From Chthonomonas calidirosea (lineage in GTDB: Bacteria; Armatimonadota; Fimbriimonadia; Fimbriimonadales; Fimbriimonadaceae), in assembly GCA_945859975.1 (NCBI GenBank), contig CAMAPH010000003.1, forward strand, positions 32,001 to 96,000: a stretch of DNA of 64,000 nucleotides, read 5' to 3'. Positions 37,647 to 47,017 of the stretch are shown here, one piece after another. Both the position numbers and the translations under genes were made by a program. A model generated the notes under the pieces. It was not told where the DNA came from, did not search any database, and worked only from the letters and a program-made list of their open reading frames with translations. Each line of letters begins with the position of its first letter. Positions within the stretch are counted from its first letter, which is position 1.

Positions 37647-38582
37647 ATGCAGTACGCGATCATAGCTTTTCTTGTAATCGTAGTCTTTTTGGGGGTCCGC
37701 ACCATCAATCAGGGCACGATCGGGGTCATTACTGTTTTTGGCAAATACCGTCGAATTCTCCGCCCCGGGCTTAACTTGGTGATCCCATTTATCGAACAAC
37801 TCCAGAGCCGCGTCAGCATCCAAAACCGGTCCGTCGAGATGGAGTTCCAAGCCGTCACGCTGGACCAAGCGAACGTCTACTTCCGAAGCATGCTGCTCTA
37901 CTCCGTCGAGAATGACGATGAAGAGACGATCAAAAAGGTCGCGTTTAAGTTCATCGGTGAGCGAGATTTCATGCAGGCCCTCACCCGAACGATCGAGGGC
38001 ACCATCCGCTCATTCGTCGCGACCAAGAAGCAAGCCGAAATTCTCGGCCAGCGCAAGGAAATCGTTGAGTACGTCAAGGACCAAATCGACCAACTTCTCA
38101 GTGAGTGGGGCTATCACCTGATGGACCTTCAGATTAACGACATCACCTTCGACCAGGCGATCATGGATTCGATGAGTAAGGTCGTCGCGAGCAACAACCT
38201 CAAGGCTGCCGCCGAAAACGAAGGACAAGCCCTCCTCATCACCAAGACCAAGGGCGCGGAAGCCGAAGGCAACGCGATCAAAATCGCCGCTGAAGCCGAG
38301 CGAGAAGCCGCCCGATTACGTGGTCAAGGCGTGGCGCTCTTCCGAGAAGAGGTCGCCAAAGGTATGACCGAAGCCGCCGAGCAGCTTCGAACGGTGAACC
38401 TGGATACGAATGTGATCCTCTTCACGATGTGGACAGAGGCAATCAAGAACTTTGCGGAGTACGGCAAAGGCAACGTGATCTTCCTGGACGGTAGCCCGGA
38501 TTCGATGCAGCGAGTTCTCGCGCAGATGCAATTGCTATCGAAGGACAGCGAGCATGCGACGATTCCCCCGCGGATTCAGTAG
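37647..38582 (+). CDS. SPFH/band 7 family membrane protein
   Basis: N-terminal TM; FGKYRRILRPGLNLVIPFIE; AEAE-rich coiled coil. Confidence 0.92.
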   Translation: MQYAIIAFLVIVVFLGVRTINQGTIGVITVFGKYRRILRPGLNLVIPFIEQLQSRVSIQNRSVEMEFQAVTLDQANVYFRSMLLYSVENDDEETIKKVAFKFIGERDFMQALTRTIEGTIRSFVATKKQAEILGQRKEIVEYVKDQIDQLLSEWGYHLMDLQINDITFDQAIMDSMSKVVASNNLKAAAENEGQALLITKTKGAEAEGNAIKIAAEAEREAARLRGQGVALFREEVAKGMTEAAEQLRTVNLDTNVILFTMWTEAIKNFAEYGKGNVIFLDGSPDSMQRVLAQMQLLSKDSEHATIPPRIQ

Positions 38583-38639
38583 CTGGGGGCGCGTCCGACC
38601 ATCGGTGGTGTAGCCGAGTTTAGTGAGCTAAGCGGAAAG

Positions 38640-38714
38640 TGGAGCCTCCGACGAGAATCGAACCCGTGACCTCTTCTTTACCAAAGAAGTGCTCTGCCGC
38701 TGAGCTACGGAGGC
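38640..38714 (-). tRNA. tRNA-Thr (GGT)
   Basis: Reverse complement GCCTCCGTAGCTCAG...TTGGTAA...GGTTCGATTC...GGAGGCTCCA. Confidence 0.95.
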
Positions 38715-38720
38715 GGATAT

Positions 38721-38806
38721 TGGTGGGTAGAGTAGGATTCGAACCTACGTAGGCTCTCGCCGACAGATTTACAGTCTGTTCCCATTGGCCACTCGGGCAT
38801 CTACCC
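38721..38806 (-). tRNA. tRNA-Tyr (GTA)
   Basis: Reverse complement GGGTAGATGCCCGAGTGG...CTGTAAA...GGTTCGAATCC...CTACCCACCA, with long variable arm. Confidence 0.95.
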
Positions 38807-38827
38807 ACGGGAATCGAGATGATACCA

Positions 38828-40021
38828 TCAGCCCACGATTTTTCGGAAGGCATGCTTGCCAACTTTCAAAACGCGCCCTAAAATCTGGTCTCGTTCCATT
38901 CGAAGGTCGGTCACTTTCTCGCCATCCAAGGCGATCGCTCCCGCCTTCACTAGGTCCTTAACCGCCCCGTTACTCTTCGCTAGTCCCAGTTCAACAATCA
39001 GCGCCGGAATCGAAACGAAACCATCAACCACCGCCGCATCGGGCAGTGTCACTTCCTCCGCCTCGACCGGTTGCTGCCGCTTGCTAAACGTGTCAACAAA
39101 GTACTGTTCGGCCTCGGCTCCTGCTTCCTCGCCGTGATAAAGAGCTACGATTTCTCGCGCCAATCGAACCTTCGCGTTTCGCGGATTCTGTCCTTCGGCC
39201 GTCAGCTCAGCAACTTCCGAGAGCGGAACGTCGGTGCAGAGCTCAAACCAGTTGCCGATCAAGTCGTCCGGAATCGACATCGTCTTGCCGAACATATCGT
39301 TCGGCGTATCCGAGATCGAAACGTAGTTTCCGATCGATTGCGACATCTTCTCTTTGCCGTCGGTGCCGACGAGCAGAGGGCAGGTCATGACAACCTGCGG
39401 CGCCTTGCCGTACTGCTCCATCAAATTCCGGCCAACGAGGTTATTGAACAGTTGATCATTCCCGCCGAGCTCAATATCGGCATCAATTTCTACCGAATCC
39501 ATGCCCTGACAAAGGGGATACAAAATCTCGTGCATCGAGATCGGTCGTTGCTCGGCCAGGCGCTTAGTGAAGTCATCTCGCTCAAGAATTCGCGCGACGG
39601 TGTACTTGGACGACAAACGGATGACATCCGCGAAGGTCATCTTTCCGAGCCAGTCTTCGTTAAAGAAAAGTTGGGTCTTCTCGGGAATGAGGATCTTGTA
39701 GAGCTTTTCCTGAATCGCCTCGAAGTACTCCATCACCTCTTCTCGGGTGAGTTGGCGACGGGTTTTACTCTTGCCCGTCGGGTCGCCGATCTGGGCAGTG
39801 AAGTTTCCGACGATGATGCAACCTGTATGGCCGAGCCGCTGGAAATCTCGAATCTTGCGAAGGACGACGGCCCAGCCAAGGGTGATATCTTTTGCCGTCG
39901 GGTCTAGGCCCAACTTAACGCGAAGCGGGCGGCCGAGCGAAAGTTTTCTGCGAAGGTCCTCTTCGCTCACAATCGCGCTCGTACCGCGCCGCAAAATCGC
40001 AATCTGCTCGTCCACCGTCAT
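38828..40021 (-). CDS. tyrS: Tyrosine--tRNA ligase
   Basis: KLGLDPTA, IGDPTGK, ELGGNDQLFN, KMSQS and a C-terminal S4-like domain. Confidence 0.96.
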   Translation of the reverse strand: MTVDEQIAILRRGTSAIVSEEDLRRKLSLGRPLRVKLGLDPTAKDITLGWAVVLRKIRDFQRLGHTGCIIVGNFTAQIGDPTGKSKTRRQLTREEVMEYFEAIQEKLYKILIPEKTQLFFNEDWLGKMTFADVIRLSSKYTVARILERDDFTKRLAEQRPISMHEILYPLCQGMDSVEIDADIELGGNDQLFNNLVGRNLMEQYGKAPQVVMTCPLLVGTDGKEKMSQSIGNYVSISDTPNDMFGKTMSIPDDLIGNWFELCTDVPLSEVAELTAEGQNPRNAKVRLAREIVALYHGEEAGAEAEQYFVDTFSKRQQPVEAEEVTLPDAAVVDGFVSIPALIVELGLAKSNGAVKDLVKAGAIALDGEKVTDLRMERDQILGRVLKVGKHAFRKIVG

Positions 40022-40050
40022 GAGCCGGGAAGTTTACTTGGCAAGCCCGC

Positions 40051-40212
40051 TCAGACACGCCGGCGGACAGTCAGAAGGGAAACCACAAAGAGGATCAGGA
40101 ACACGAAGAACAGGATCTGCGCGATGCCAGAAGCACCCGCGGCCAGCCCGCCAAACCCAAGCACGCCCGCGATGAGGGCAATGACGAAGAAAACAACCGC
40201 GTAGTACAGCAC
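40051..40212 (-). CDS. DUF1328 (UPF0391) small membrane protein, copy 2 (not in ORF track)
   Basis: [56 protein letters not shown] start. Confidence 0.9.
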   Translation of the reverse strand: MLYYAVVFFVIALIAGVLGFGGLAAGASGIAQILFFVFLILFVVSLLTVRRRV

Positions 40213-40264
40213 TCCCTGCAGACTACTTTCTTTTTGCTATGTTCGGCGCAATTTGCCGATATGC

Positions 40265-40435
40265 CTACCGTCTTTGCGGTCCGCGCGGCTTAATCAGCAG
40301 AGAGCCGACGGCAAGGCAAACGAATAGGACGAAAAGGCCCTGCGCGAGCGCGGTTGCACTTCCGGCAATGCCGAGAAAGCCGAAGGCCGCCGCGACCAAC
40401 GCCAAGATAAGGAAAATCACCGCATTGTAAAGCAT
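40265..40435 (-). CDS. DUF1328 (UPF0391) small membrane protein, copy 1 (not in ORF track)
   Basis: MLYNAVIFLILALVAAAFGFLGIAGSATALAQGLFVLFVCLAVGSLLIKPRGPQRR. Confidence 0.85.
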   Translation of the reverse strand: MLYNAVIFLILALVAAAFGFLGIAGSATALAQGLFVLFVCLAVGSLLIKPRGPQRR

Positions 40436-40460
40436 GTTAGTTTGAATTTACGCCTTGAAG

Positions 40461-41675
40461 TTAGGCGTTATTGCTACCGGGACGGCTATTTTCTGCAGCT
40501 CCCAGCAAGAAGGATTCCAGAGCTCGAGCGGCGTTGCCCGTCCCCCAATTTTCTACTACGTAGGCTCGTGCCGAGGCACCTAGGAGGTCCCTTTTTTCCG
40601 GGTTGTCCAACAGCTCTTCGAGCGCGCTTGCGAGAGCAGCCGGGCTCGGATCGGAAAGGATGCCGTTAATGCCGTCCTTGACCGTCTCGCGAACACCGCC
40701 CTCGGCGACCGCCACCACCGGCAGCCCGCACGCGTTCGCTTCCAGAGGGACAAGGCCAAAAGGCTCCAAGCGGCTGGTGTAAATGAGGGCTCCGGCAGTT
40801 TGGAGGTGCCGCTCAACTTCCGCGTCGGGAAGCATTCGCTCAAGATGGAAGTCAACTTTAAGGGATTTCGCCAAAGGAATCAGTTCGGCCAGATAAATCT
40901 CGTCGACCATGTTCGCGCTCCAAACCAGCTTCGGTCGTGGCTCTCGCATCGCACCGATCGCGAGAATTGCCTCACGAACCCCCTTCATCGGGCCACAAGT
41001 GCCAAGACCGAAGACATATCGTTCTCGCGGTTTCGGCGCGTACCGGAAGTGGTCAACGTCGATTCCAAGGTAGCAAACGCTTGCTGAAATCCCGAACGCC
41101 CGAAGAATCGCCTCGCGGCTGAAGTAAGAATTGCAAAGCACGAGATCGTAGGAACGGATGCTCTCCAACTCTTCCCATGCCAACTTTCGGTACTGCGGCC
41201 AGTACACGGCATCTTTAACCTTTGCCTTCAAACTCGCGCCAGGCCCGGGCGGCAACAGGGGCAGCTTCGGCATCGGCTCATAAAGCGCCCGAAATGGGTC
41301 CTGCAGATAGACCACCTTCGGCATGCGATGAACGTACCGGCCGATGAACGGGGTGTTGAAGTGCAAAGAGTTGTTTGCAAACAGGAGATCGCAGCCCGAA
41401 GCGTCGATCATCGGACCGACCTTGGCTGCATGCGCCTTGAACTCCTTCATCATCCGCGGGAAACGCGTGAGCGCACTCTTCAGGTCGGGCCGCTCCGCAA
41501 ATCCCTGCGGAACCACGTGGACCGGCCCGAACTGAGAGAGGTCCAAATCGTCTTTCGGCAATGCCGGCTGCCAAATCTCAACCTGGTGGCCAAGCTCAAC
41601 GAGCCCTTTGAGGTGATCATACAGGGCGCGTTTCGCGCCGCCGAACGGCAAATAGTGCCAGACGGCGATTTTCAT
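40461..41675 (-). CDS. Glycosyltransferase family 4
   Basis: GGAKR N-terminus; EPFGLVPLEANACGLPVVA and GGVRETV motifs. ATG overlaps the upstream TGA. Confidence 0.92.
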   Translation of the reverse strand: MKIAVWHYLPFGGAKRALYDHLKGLVELGHQVEIWQPALPKDDLDLSQFGPVHVVPQGFAERPDLKSALTRFPRMMKEFKAHAAKVGPMIDASGCDLLFANNSLHFNTPFIGRYVHRMPKVVYLQDPFRALYEPMPKLPLLPPGPGASLKAKVKDAVYWPQYRKLAWEELESIRSYDLVLCNSYFSREAILRAFGISASVCYLGIDVDHFRYAPKPRERYVFGLGTCGPMKGVREAILAIGAMREPRPKLVWSANMVDEIYLAELIPLAKSLKVDFHLERMLPDAEVERHLQTAGALIYTSRLEPFGLVPLEANACGLPVVAVAEGGVRETVKDGINGILSDPSPAALASALEELLDNPEKRDLLGASARAYVVENWGTGNAARALESFLLGAAENSRPGSNNA

Positions 41676-42589
41676 ACGCCGAACCACTCAGCGACGGTCT
41701 TCTCTTCCATCGTCTCCACGTTCACGAGCCGCGCATCCCGCATCGCGTGCTGGCGCTCTTTGAGCGTGGAGAGGGCAGTGAAATTGAAGTCCTTGTCGCG
41801 ACTGTCTCGATATCGCACCTCGACCCAACTTTCTTTGGCGGTCCGAATGGGCAGATCGCCGCGAACGTCTTGCCGCACGAAGAAAGCGTTGTGCCAGCCC
41901 GCGGTACCGACCAGGTCATAGCCTTTCTTCTTTCCGAGGTACTCCATCGCCGCAAGCGAACCGCCGAAACAGAGCCCGGTGAAATGGTTCTTGAAGCGCG
42001 CGAAGTTTGAAGAATAGGCCGGTGTGAGCGGCAAGTCTGGACCGAAGTGGCTTTGGTACTCGACGACCAGAATTCTCGGCGAAACAACGTCAATCGCTTC
42101 CCAGACCCAATAGTCCATGCCGTCGATGTCGACCGACATGAGGCCGATATCTCCCGCGACCGGCTTTAGGAGCTCGTTGATGTTCTCCCGCGTGATCATC
42201 GCTTGCTTAAAGTCGATCGTGTGGCGAATGTGGAGTAGCCGCTCGGCAAAGAACTGCGCCGGAGATGGGTCCATATCGAGGATGTAGCCACGCCAGTTGT
42301 CCTTTTGAAGCAAAAACCGCGTGTTGCTCTCGTCGTAATTGTCGGTACCGAACTCGACAAACAGGTCGTTCTCGATGGGCACGTGGCGGATCAGGTGCTG
42401 GATCACGCCATCCTCTCCAGCCTGGGAAAACGCGCGGAATGCGACTTCTTTCAACGGAGTGTCGGCTGGATAGGCCTGCCGAGACATCTGCACTCCGGCG
42501 AGGAATCTGGCTTCCTCTCTTGCCATCGCAATTTCGTTTTTGATCTCTCGGCTAAAAAAGGTTCGTGCCTGTCTGAGTAAGTTCCGCAT
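41672..42589 (-). CDS. Putative SAM-dependent methyltransferase (FkbM-related)
   Basis: FSQAGEDGVI, FVEFG, ESNTRFL and SVDIDGMDYWVW motifs. ATG overlaps the upstream TAA. Confidence 0.75.
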   Translation of the reverse strand: MRNLLRQARTFFSREIKNEIAMAREEARFLAGVQMSRQAYPADTPLKEVAFRAFSQAGEDGVIQHLIRHVPIENDLFVEFGTDNYDESNTRFLLQKDNWRGYILDMDPSPAQFFAERLLHIRHTIDFKQAMITRENINELLKPVAGDIGLMSVDIDGMDYWVWEAIDVVSPRILVVEYQSHFGPDLPLTPAYSSNFARFKNHFTGLCFGGSLAAMEYLGKKKGYDLVGTAGWHNAFFVRQDVRGDLPIRTAKESWVEVRYRDSRDKDFNFTALSTLKERQHAMRDARLVNVETMEEKTVAEWFGV

Positions 42590-44499
42590 TACTTCACCGT
42601 CACCGTTGTCGGCGTCACCAAAACTTCGTGAGGCTTGCCGTCCCAAAACACATTTCGCAGCTTCACCGACTGCCAGCCTTTCGGAAGGCTAGGCGTAATC
42701 GAAAGCGTCGCGCCAGAGTTTAGCCGGGTGACGTAGCCTGGCTTTCGGCCGAACCCAGATGTCGGCTTTGTATCCACCCGAATTCCCACAAATCCGTAAA
42801 GAACCGTCTGCAGCGAGCCTCCGGCGCCGGTCAGGAAGTAGTTCTTTTCGCTCGCTCTCTTTTCGCTGAAGAGCCCAAGCGGGTTATCCGTAAACGGAAC
42901 CACGCCGTTCTTCCAAAACTCGTATGCCTGATCCGGCTCTCCCAGTCGTGCCGCGATCGTCGCGTGGACGGAGTCCGTCATGGCTGGACCGTTCTCCGTG
43001 ACTTTCCCAGAGAATCGATCGAGCATCACCTTCGCCTGCTTCTCGGCAGGTTCATACTGGAGCGGGTAGATCGCAAGAACCGCAGCGGCCTGCTTATAGC
43101 CCCGAAGTGGGTCGCCATCGTAGGTTAGGAACGACGTTTCGTCTTGCGACAGTTTGTACTTTGCGCCGGTGAATCGCTGAGCTAGAACGTTCGTGTACAG
43201 GTCGTTATCGCCCGTGTGGAACTCGTCGGGAGACATCGTCTCCTTGATCTCCGAACCGTTTGGACCGGGCTGGGACCGGGCCGCAAAGAACGCAGCTGTG
43301 CCAACCTTAATCGGCTTGAATTCTTGATTGCTGACAATTCCCAACTGGTTGGCGAGCTCAAGGCCAAACGCAACGCTGCCGGTGATGTGGTCTTCGAACT
43401 TACTCGGACCTGGCACGGTTTCTCGACCCGACACGCTGGATTCCCATGCGAACTTGAGACCGTTCTCCGTCGCGAAGGCTGAGGAAACTTTGCCGGAGGC
43501 AGTTGGTTTTCCTTCTTTCACCCAAGCCTGATAGTTCTTCGCCGCTTGACCAGCCGTATCCAAGCGGTACTTGGCAAGGGCTCTTGCCCGTGCTGGGTCC
43601 ATGAGCGCCACCGCCGGAAGCATCCAAATGTCGGAATCCCAAAAGACGTGCCCGTTGTAAGTCGTCGAGCTCAGCCCCATCGGCCCGGTATGGCCGGATC
43701 GAGTGATTCCCATATTCAGGTAGGTCACCATCCGGTCCACCGTTTCCTGGTCCTCTTTCGGCCCATCAATCTCGATGCTAAACGTCGGCTTTGCAAACCC
43801 CTTTTGCGCGGATTCGATTTTGACGGACCGTTCGAACTTGGCTGGCGCGCCCTTCTTGGCAATCGCCGTCCGTTCCACCGCGCCGGTGACTCGCCTAGAA
43901 ACGCCGGTACTTTCTGCCCCGACGATCAACTCTTCCATTTGAACAAACAGTCGCGGATCGTTTTGGGAGACGAGAACGGCGTAAGAACTTCCATCCGAAC
44001 CGGGCCCTTCAATCCCAATTCCCTCTGTCCTCGAGACGACGATCAACTCTTTATCTGATGCGTTCGAGACTTCCATGGTCTCTTTCAAGGCATCGGGCTC
44101 CGAGGCGTGGGTGATCTTAACCGAGGCTTCGCCCAGCTTCCAAGTCGTGGTCAGGGTCCAGGTTTTAGGGTCGAAGGTCTGGCTCACGTCCGATACGTTC
44201 GCGGCGTCAACCAACGTCTCGCCAAGCTTTAGTGTTTGCTTGAAAGGATTGGGTAACGCGAGAATCTTTTCTTCGCCGCTGGGCTGATAGCCTTGGAAGT
44301 GGAAGAACGGCTGGTCGGTAACGATGCCCAAGGGACCGACCCGGGTGCCAACAAAAGCGTTCGCGATCCATCCGGCCGTCGCGCTCGGGTCCGATGTGCG
44401 CTGCGCGACACCGTTTGTCTCCGCCGAGGTCTCCGTCTTTGGGCCGCCGCAACCGATTGCCGCCACCAGAAGTGCAAGGCCGAGATACCGCTTTTGCAT
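42589..44499 (-). CDS. GH65 family glycoside hydrolase, predicted lipoprotein
   Basis: Lipobox AIGC; YNGHVFWDSDIW, PDEFH, KQA and FLTGAGG motifs. ATG at 44499. Confidence 0.85.
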   Translation of the reverse strand: MQKRYLGLALLVAAIGCGGPKTETSAETNGVAQRTSDPSATAGWIANAFVGTRVGPLGIVTDQPFFHFQGYQPSGEEKILALPNPFKQTLKLGETLVDAANVSDVSQTFDPKTWTLTTTWKLGEASVKITHASEPDALKETMEVSNASDKELIVVSRTEGIGIEGPGSDGSSYAVLVSQNDPRLFVQMEELIVGAESTGVSRRVTGAVERTAIAKKGAPAKFERSVKIESAQKGFAKPTFSIEIDGPKEDQETVDRMVTYLNMGITRSGHTGPMGLSSTTYNGHVFWDSDIWMLPAVALMDPARARALAKYRLDTAGQAAKNYQAWVKEGKPTASGKVSSAFATENGLKFAWESSVSGRETVPGPSKFEDHITGSVAFGLELANQLGIVSNQEFKPIKVGTAAFFAARSQPGPNGSEIKETMSPDEFHTGDNDLYTNVLAQRFTGAKYKLSQDETSFLTYDGDPLRGYKQAAAVLAIYPLQYEPAEKQAKVMLDRFSGKVTENGPAMTDSVHATIAARLGEPDQAYEFWKNGVVPFTDNPLGLFSEKRASEKNYFLTGAGGSLQTVLYGFVGIRVDTKPTSGFGRKPGYVTRLNSGATLSITPSLPKGWQSVKLRNVFWDGKPHEVLVTPTTVTVK

Positions 44500-44524
44500 C
44501 GCAACCTGTATGATAGCCCTGCCG

Positions 44525-46081
44525 ATGGCCGAAATCGAATCTGGCACCCCAACCACCAACGCCCCAAATCCTTGGGGGTTTGTCCCGAGCCTGTACTTTT
44601 TACAGGGGTTGCCCGTCGTCATTGTCCAGACTTTGAGCGTGACGCTTTATAAGACGATGGGCGTGCCTAACGACCAAATCGGCCTTTGGACGAGCCTGAT
44701 CGCCTGGCCCTGGACCGTGAAAATGCTCTGGGGGCCACTGGTAGACAACACTTCCACAAAGCGTGCTTGGATCATTGGAATGCAAGCGCTCATCATGGCC
44801 GCGCTCGGTCTGGTTTCATTTGCCGTACCGACCCCGGCGTTTGTGCCGCTAACCCTCGCCGGCTTCTTCCTCATCGCTTTCCTCAGCGCTACCCACGACA
44901 TCGCCGCCGATGGCTTCTACTTGCTCTCGCTTCGTGAAGACTTGCAAGCCTTCTTTGTCGGTGTGCGCTCAGCATTCTTCCGTCTAGCCATGATTTTCGG
45001 TCCGGGCGTCTTGGTGATCATCGCCGGGCGGATTGCTGATCCAAAGACGGCCACCCGCGCCCAGGTTGCCACGGGCTGGCAGATCGCGCTCTTGATCGGC
45101 ACTGCGATCTACGCACTGGGCTGGCTCTGGCACATGAAAGCATTGCCGCGCCCAGACGGCGACACGCCCCGGGATCGGTTCAATCTTGCCACCGTGGCCC
45201 TTCGGTTTGGACAGGTGCTGCTGATGCTGCTGGCTCTGCTCGTAACAATCCAGTTCCTCGTGCTGGCCTTCAACTTTGCCTTAACTCGACCAATAGATTC
45301 GGTCTTCTGGATGGCGACGGGCGCCGACAACTCGCAGAACTCGTGGCAAATCCCAGTCGGTTTGGTCCTAGTCATTCTCGGCGGACTCTCCACCCGAAAC
45401 ATGTTCGCGAACATCGGAATGGGTCCCGCGGCGAAGGAGTACTTTGGTCAAAACAGAATTCTCGCTGTGCTCGCCTTTATCTTGTTCTATCGCTTTGGCG
45501 AAAGCATGATCGGGAAAATGAGCATCCCCTTTCTGCTCGACCCAATCGAAAAAGGTGGACTTGGCGTGAGCACGGAAATGAATGGCTTGCTCACCGGCAC
45601 CATCGGCGTCATTGCCCTGACGGCAGGTGGCATTCTCGGCGGCACGGTGATCTCTAAGTTCGGCATCAAGAGAAGCATCTGGCCGATGGTGCTATCGCTC
45701 AACTTGCCAAATCTGCTTTACGTTTGGGCGGCATTCACGAAGCCCGGAATAGCGGGCGTTGGAGCCGTGATCGCATTTGACCAGTTCGGATACGGCTTCG
45801 GCTTCAGCGCCTACATGGTCTATCTGATGTTCATCTCGCAGGGATCGAACTTCAAAACGTCGCACTACGCGATCTCAACCGGCTTAATGGCGCTTGGGGC
45901 GATGCTCGCCGGAATCATGAGTGGCTATCTCCAAACCGCGCTCGCGGCGCAGAATCCGAGCATGGGCTACGCCTGGTTCTTTGTCGCGGTGTGCCTATTC
46001 ACGATTCCCGGAATGCTGACGCTCTTCTTCATCCCGATGGACAAAGAAGATCTGAAGGTCGCTCCGGTCGAGATGGACTAA
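44525..46081 (+). CDS. AmpG-like MFS permease
   Basis: PSLYFLQGLP, PWTVKMLWGPLVD, SATHDIAADGFY and YRFGES motifs. Confidence 0.85.
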   Translation: MAEIESGTPTTNAPNPWGFVPSLYFLQGLPVVIVQTLSVTLYKTMGVPNDQIGLWTSLIAWPWTVKMLWGPLVDNTSTKRAWIIGMQALIMAALGLVSFAVPTPAFVPLTLAGFFLIAFLSATHDIAADGFYLLSLREDLQAFFVGVRSAFFRLAMIFGPGVLVIIAGRIADPKTATRAQVATGWQIALLIGTAIYALGWLWHMKALPRPDGDTPRDRFNLATVALRFGQVLLMLLALLVTIQFLVLAFNFALTRPIDSVFWMATGADNSQNSWQIPVGLVLVILGGLSTRNMFANIGMGPAAKEYFGQNRILAVLAFILFYRFGESMIGKMSIPFLLDPIEKGGLGVSTEMNGLLTGTIGVIALTAGGILGGTVISKFGIKRSIWPMVLSLNLPNLLYVWAAFTKPGIAGVGAVIAFDQFGYGFGFSAYMVYLMFISQGSNFKTSHYAISTGLMALGAMLAGIMSGYLQTALAAQNPSMGYAWFFVAVCLFTIPGMLTLFFIPMDKEDLKVAPVEMD

Positions 46082-46084
46082 CGC

Positions 46085-46681
46085 CTACATCTCGCGACGA
46101 TATTCGAGCGCGCTGAGCAGGGTCGCTGCATCGGCGTAATCCAGCTCACCGCCAACCGCCATGCCCTGGGCCAGTCGGGTGACGCGGATGCCAGAGGGTT
46201 TGAGCAACCGGGCCAGATACAGCGCCGTCGCATCGCCTTCGATCGTTGGATTGGTCGCCAGGATCAGTTCGTGAACGGAAGAATCTTGAAGCCGCTGGAT
46301 GAGCTCGCGAATGCGAAGCTGCTCCGGGCCGATGCCGTCCATCGGGTTCATGAGGCCATGCAGCACGTGATACAGCCCCTTAAACTCGTTGATCCGCTCG
46401 ATGGCGGCGATGTCACGGGCTTCCGCAACTACGCAGATGATGGAACCGTCTCGACGGCCGTCACGGCAGATGTCGCACTCCGGCTGCTCCGAGATGTTCT
46501 GACACTTCAAGCAAAAGCGCAGCTTGACCTTCGCGTCGCGAATGGAATCGGCGAGCCTCTGCGCATCGGCATCTGAACCCTTCAAAAGGTGAAAGGCCAG
46601 ACGTTGTGCGGACTTAGGTCCGACCCCTGGAAGCTTCTCCAGTTCTGCGATGAGATCGCCCAGGGGCCGAGGAAACAGCAC
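46085..46681 (-). CDS. recR: Recombination mediator RecR
   Basis: LPGVGPKSAQRLAF, C4 zinc finger and Toprim ATNPTIEGDATA. Confidence 0.97.
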   Translation of the reverse strand: MLFPRPLGDLIAELEKLPGVGPKSAQRLAFHLLKGSDADAQRLADSIRDAKVKLRFCLKCQNISEQPECDICRDGRRDGSIICVVAEARDIAAIERINEFKGLYHVLHGLMNPMDGIGPEQLRIRELIQRLQDSSVHELILATNPTIEGDATALYLARLLKPSGIRVTRLAQGMAVGGELDYADAATLLSALEYRREM

Positions 46682-47017
46682 TTAGCCGGAAAGTCCCGGA
46701 ATATCGGGCACGTTTGGAAGGATGCCTTGCACCCGGTTGTTGCGAAGCTCGGTGGCGATATCGAATCCGGTTCGGACCGCGCCAACGATCAAATCTTCCA
46801 ACGCTTCAACGTCCTCTGGATCAACAACGGCGGGGTCAAGCTTGATGGTGAGCAGCTGGCCGGTGCCATCAAACAGCGCCTTTACCGGGCCGCGGTCGAC
46901 GGGGATTCGCTCGTTGGCAAGCTCGGCTTCAAGGGTCTGAGCCTTAGCCATGGCGTCCTGCATCTGCTTCATCACGCCGCCAAAGCCCTGCGGGCCAAAA
47001 TTCTTGGGCAGTTTCAT
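46682..47017 (-). CDS. ybaB: YbaB/EbfC nucleoid-associated protein
   Basis: VDPEDVEALEDLI motif; located between dnaX and recR. Confidence 0.93.
   Translation of the reverse strand: MKLPKNFGPQGFGGVMKQMQDAMAKAQTLEAELANERIPVDRGPVKALFDGTGQLLTIKLDPAVVDPEDVEALEDLIVGAVRTGFDIATELRNNRVQGILPNVPDIPGLSG

Noticed and set aside
40022..40050. T-box leader for tyrS
   Set aside because: Only 29 nt separate tyrS from the upstream gene.
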